Part shown: positions 62,163 to 64,000 of the stretch, piece by piece
Numbering within the stretch: position 1 is the first letter of the stretch
Layout: every line of letters begins with the position of its first letter
Source of the DNA: Octopus sinensis
Lineage: Eukaryota
Assembly (NCBI RefSeq): GCF_006345805.1
Contig: NW_021833911.1
Location: 1-64,000, forward strand
Direction of reading: 5' to 3'
DNA length: 64,000 bases
Translations under genes and position numbers: made by a program
The notes under the pieces: generated by a model
The model's database searches: none
What the model saw: the letters and a program-made list of their open reading frames with translations, nothing else
What the model was told of the DNA's origin: nothing

Positions 62163-62864
62163 CATATTCATACATACATCCATTAATACATAATCCAGAT
62201 AATCCAGATAATAAGAAATACTTTAACACATCTTTAATGATCGGTTTCAGTTGTTTCTGTACCAACTCTGATTACAACATCGGTTTACGCAAAAGTTCGA
62301 AGTGAAAATTTGCATAATGTTTGCGGTTTTAGACATTAGAGTGGCACTTCATCAGAATTGCATCAAAGGTGCACTCTTACACCGTGCATCTTCTAGATTT
62401 TGTTTTTTGCTTCTATCGGGAGGAAAGCTTTTCGCTAAACCCACGCAACCGTTCTCTTCCATTAATATTATATTGCAGTTTACGATGACATTTCATTTAT
62501 ATTTATTCTCCAAAAGATATTGTATAATTCTGTATATTACACTTGCGTTCCATTTAGTTTTTGTTCGTTGAATCAAATGACAATGTGCTGCAATAACTAA
62601 GGCAAATATCATTATGAGCCCTTAATTATTACTCCACCAATGACTGGGTATGTGACACATGAAGCTTTGAGATACCAAAGTTTAGACAAGTCATACGAAT
62701 TTATATTTTACTATGTTTACATATAAATTATTTTCTTCTGGTATGTGCAGGTTTTTTCTGCATACGCCTTTTTTAATGATTTCTATCTTTATATAACAAA
62801 CACACTCAATTGCAATATTAATATTGATGTGCCAAATTGATGCAGCAAAATGAAATGTGTGTGT

Positions 62865-63024
62865 GTATGTGTGTGTATAAACATAAATATATATAATATA
62901 TATATATATATATAATATTTATATATACATACATATATATGTATATATATAGCTATAAATATAGTTATATCTATATATAATATATATATATAGTATATAA
63001 ATATTTATAGGTATATATGTATAT

Positions 63025-63073
<49 letters not shown>

Positions 63074-63500
63074 ACACTCACATACACACACACATATATA
63101 TATACACATATATTTGCATATATACTTACATGTGTGTGTGTTTAAGTATAAGTATGTAGACTTGGCAAGACAGCTGTTACCCTACGTATAACTATATATA
63201 ACATACGGCACGACGTTATCACATTTATATCGAAAATTTTAATCAACAGCTGCTTCGACATAGTTTCAATTTTTTTCTTTTTATATTATTTCTATTATAT
63301 GATATTTCGAAATGTTTAAATCTGGTTTAATTTATGTCGTCTGAGGATATGTATGTACATATGTTTGTGTGTGTTTATGTATATATATATATATATTATA
63401 TATATGTGTTTGTGTGTATGTAATATATGTATGTATATATAATATAACGGGATCTTTTATATATATATATATGTGTGTGTGTATGTATATATATGTATGT

Positions 63501-63560
<60 letters not shown>

Positions 63561-63624
63561 CATATATATTATAATATAATCCATATATAATATATATCCA
63601 TATATATATATATATATATATTAA

Positions 63625-63658
<34 letters not shown>

Positions 63659-64000
63659 CCATATATACAGTGATAATTTAATTCAGATTGTGTGTGTGTA
63701 TATATATATACACACAGACACACAAATATATATATTATGTATATACGCTAGGGTGTTTGGGTGTTGGTTTGACAGTCCTCATCTTTCCGTTTGTATATAA
63801 ATATATGATAACAATAATAATAATAATAATTATACATATATGTGTGTGTTTATATAAGTCCCTTTTCTGTCTGTCTTTGTGTTTCTAGCGTTAGCTGTCT
63901 TCGTGCCATCAAATTTATGTTTGTGTGTGCCCGAATATGTGTGTATGTGTGTGGTGTGTGTGTGTGTGTGTACGAGTGTTTTTGTATGTGTGCGTGTGTG
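62865..64000. repeat. (TA)n/(TG)n microsatellite-rich end of the window
   Basis: Direct reading. Confidence 0.9.

Noticed and set aside
62320-62360. Minus-strand CTGATGA followed by an agtg/cact mini-stem
   Set aside because: No GAAA or cleavage arm

Overview
AT-rich, microsatellite-dense animal genomic DNA. The SINE families and repeat landscape look like an octopod cephalopod; this is inferred from recalled repeat families, not from a search. I find no confidently identifiable host protein-coding gene, rRNA, true tRNA gene or CRISPR array, and nearly all ORFs in the supplied track are translations of simple repeats. The window is a mosaic of mobile elements: an apparently full-length but frameshifted R4/Dong-clade RT+RLE retrotransposon (9986-13939, minus) inserted in (TAA)n; a ~540 bp non-coding element found three times, always between (TAA)n tracts; a Penelope-like GIY-YIG remnant (25691-26445); a HERO-like 3' fragment; several mariner and hAT derivatives; at least three tRNA-derived SINE families; and a 27-bp G-rich minisatellite. 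The most notable signal is RNA-level. 4486-5990 is a (TA)n-flanked, partly inverted tandem array of a 499-nt ORF-less monomer, each copy carrying a type I hammerhead ribozyme (CUGAUGA / GAAA / GUA, palindromic stem III), the architecture of a non-LTR retrozyme or Penelope pseudo-LTR. About eight more hammerhead-like motifs of unrelated sequence, intact to decayed, are scattered through the window. Coordinates of degenerate repeats are approximate. Frequent small indels suggest either decay or uncorrected long-read error.
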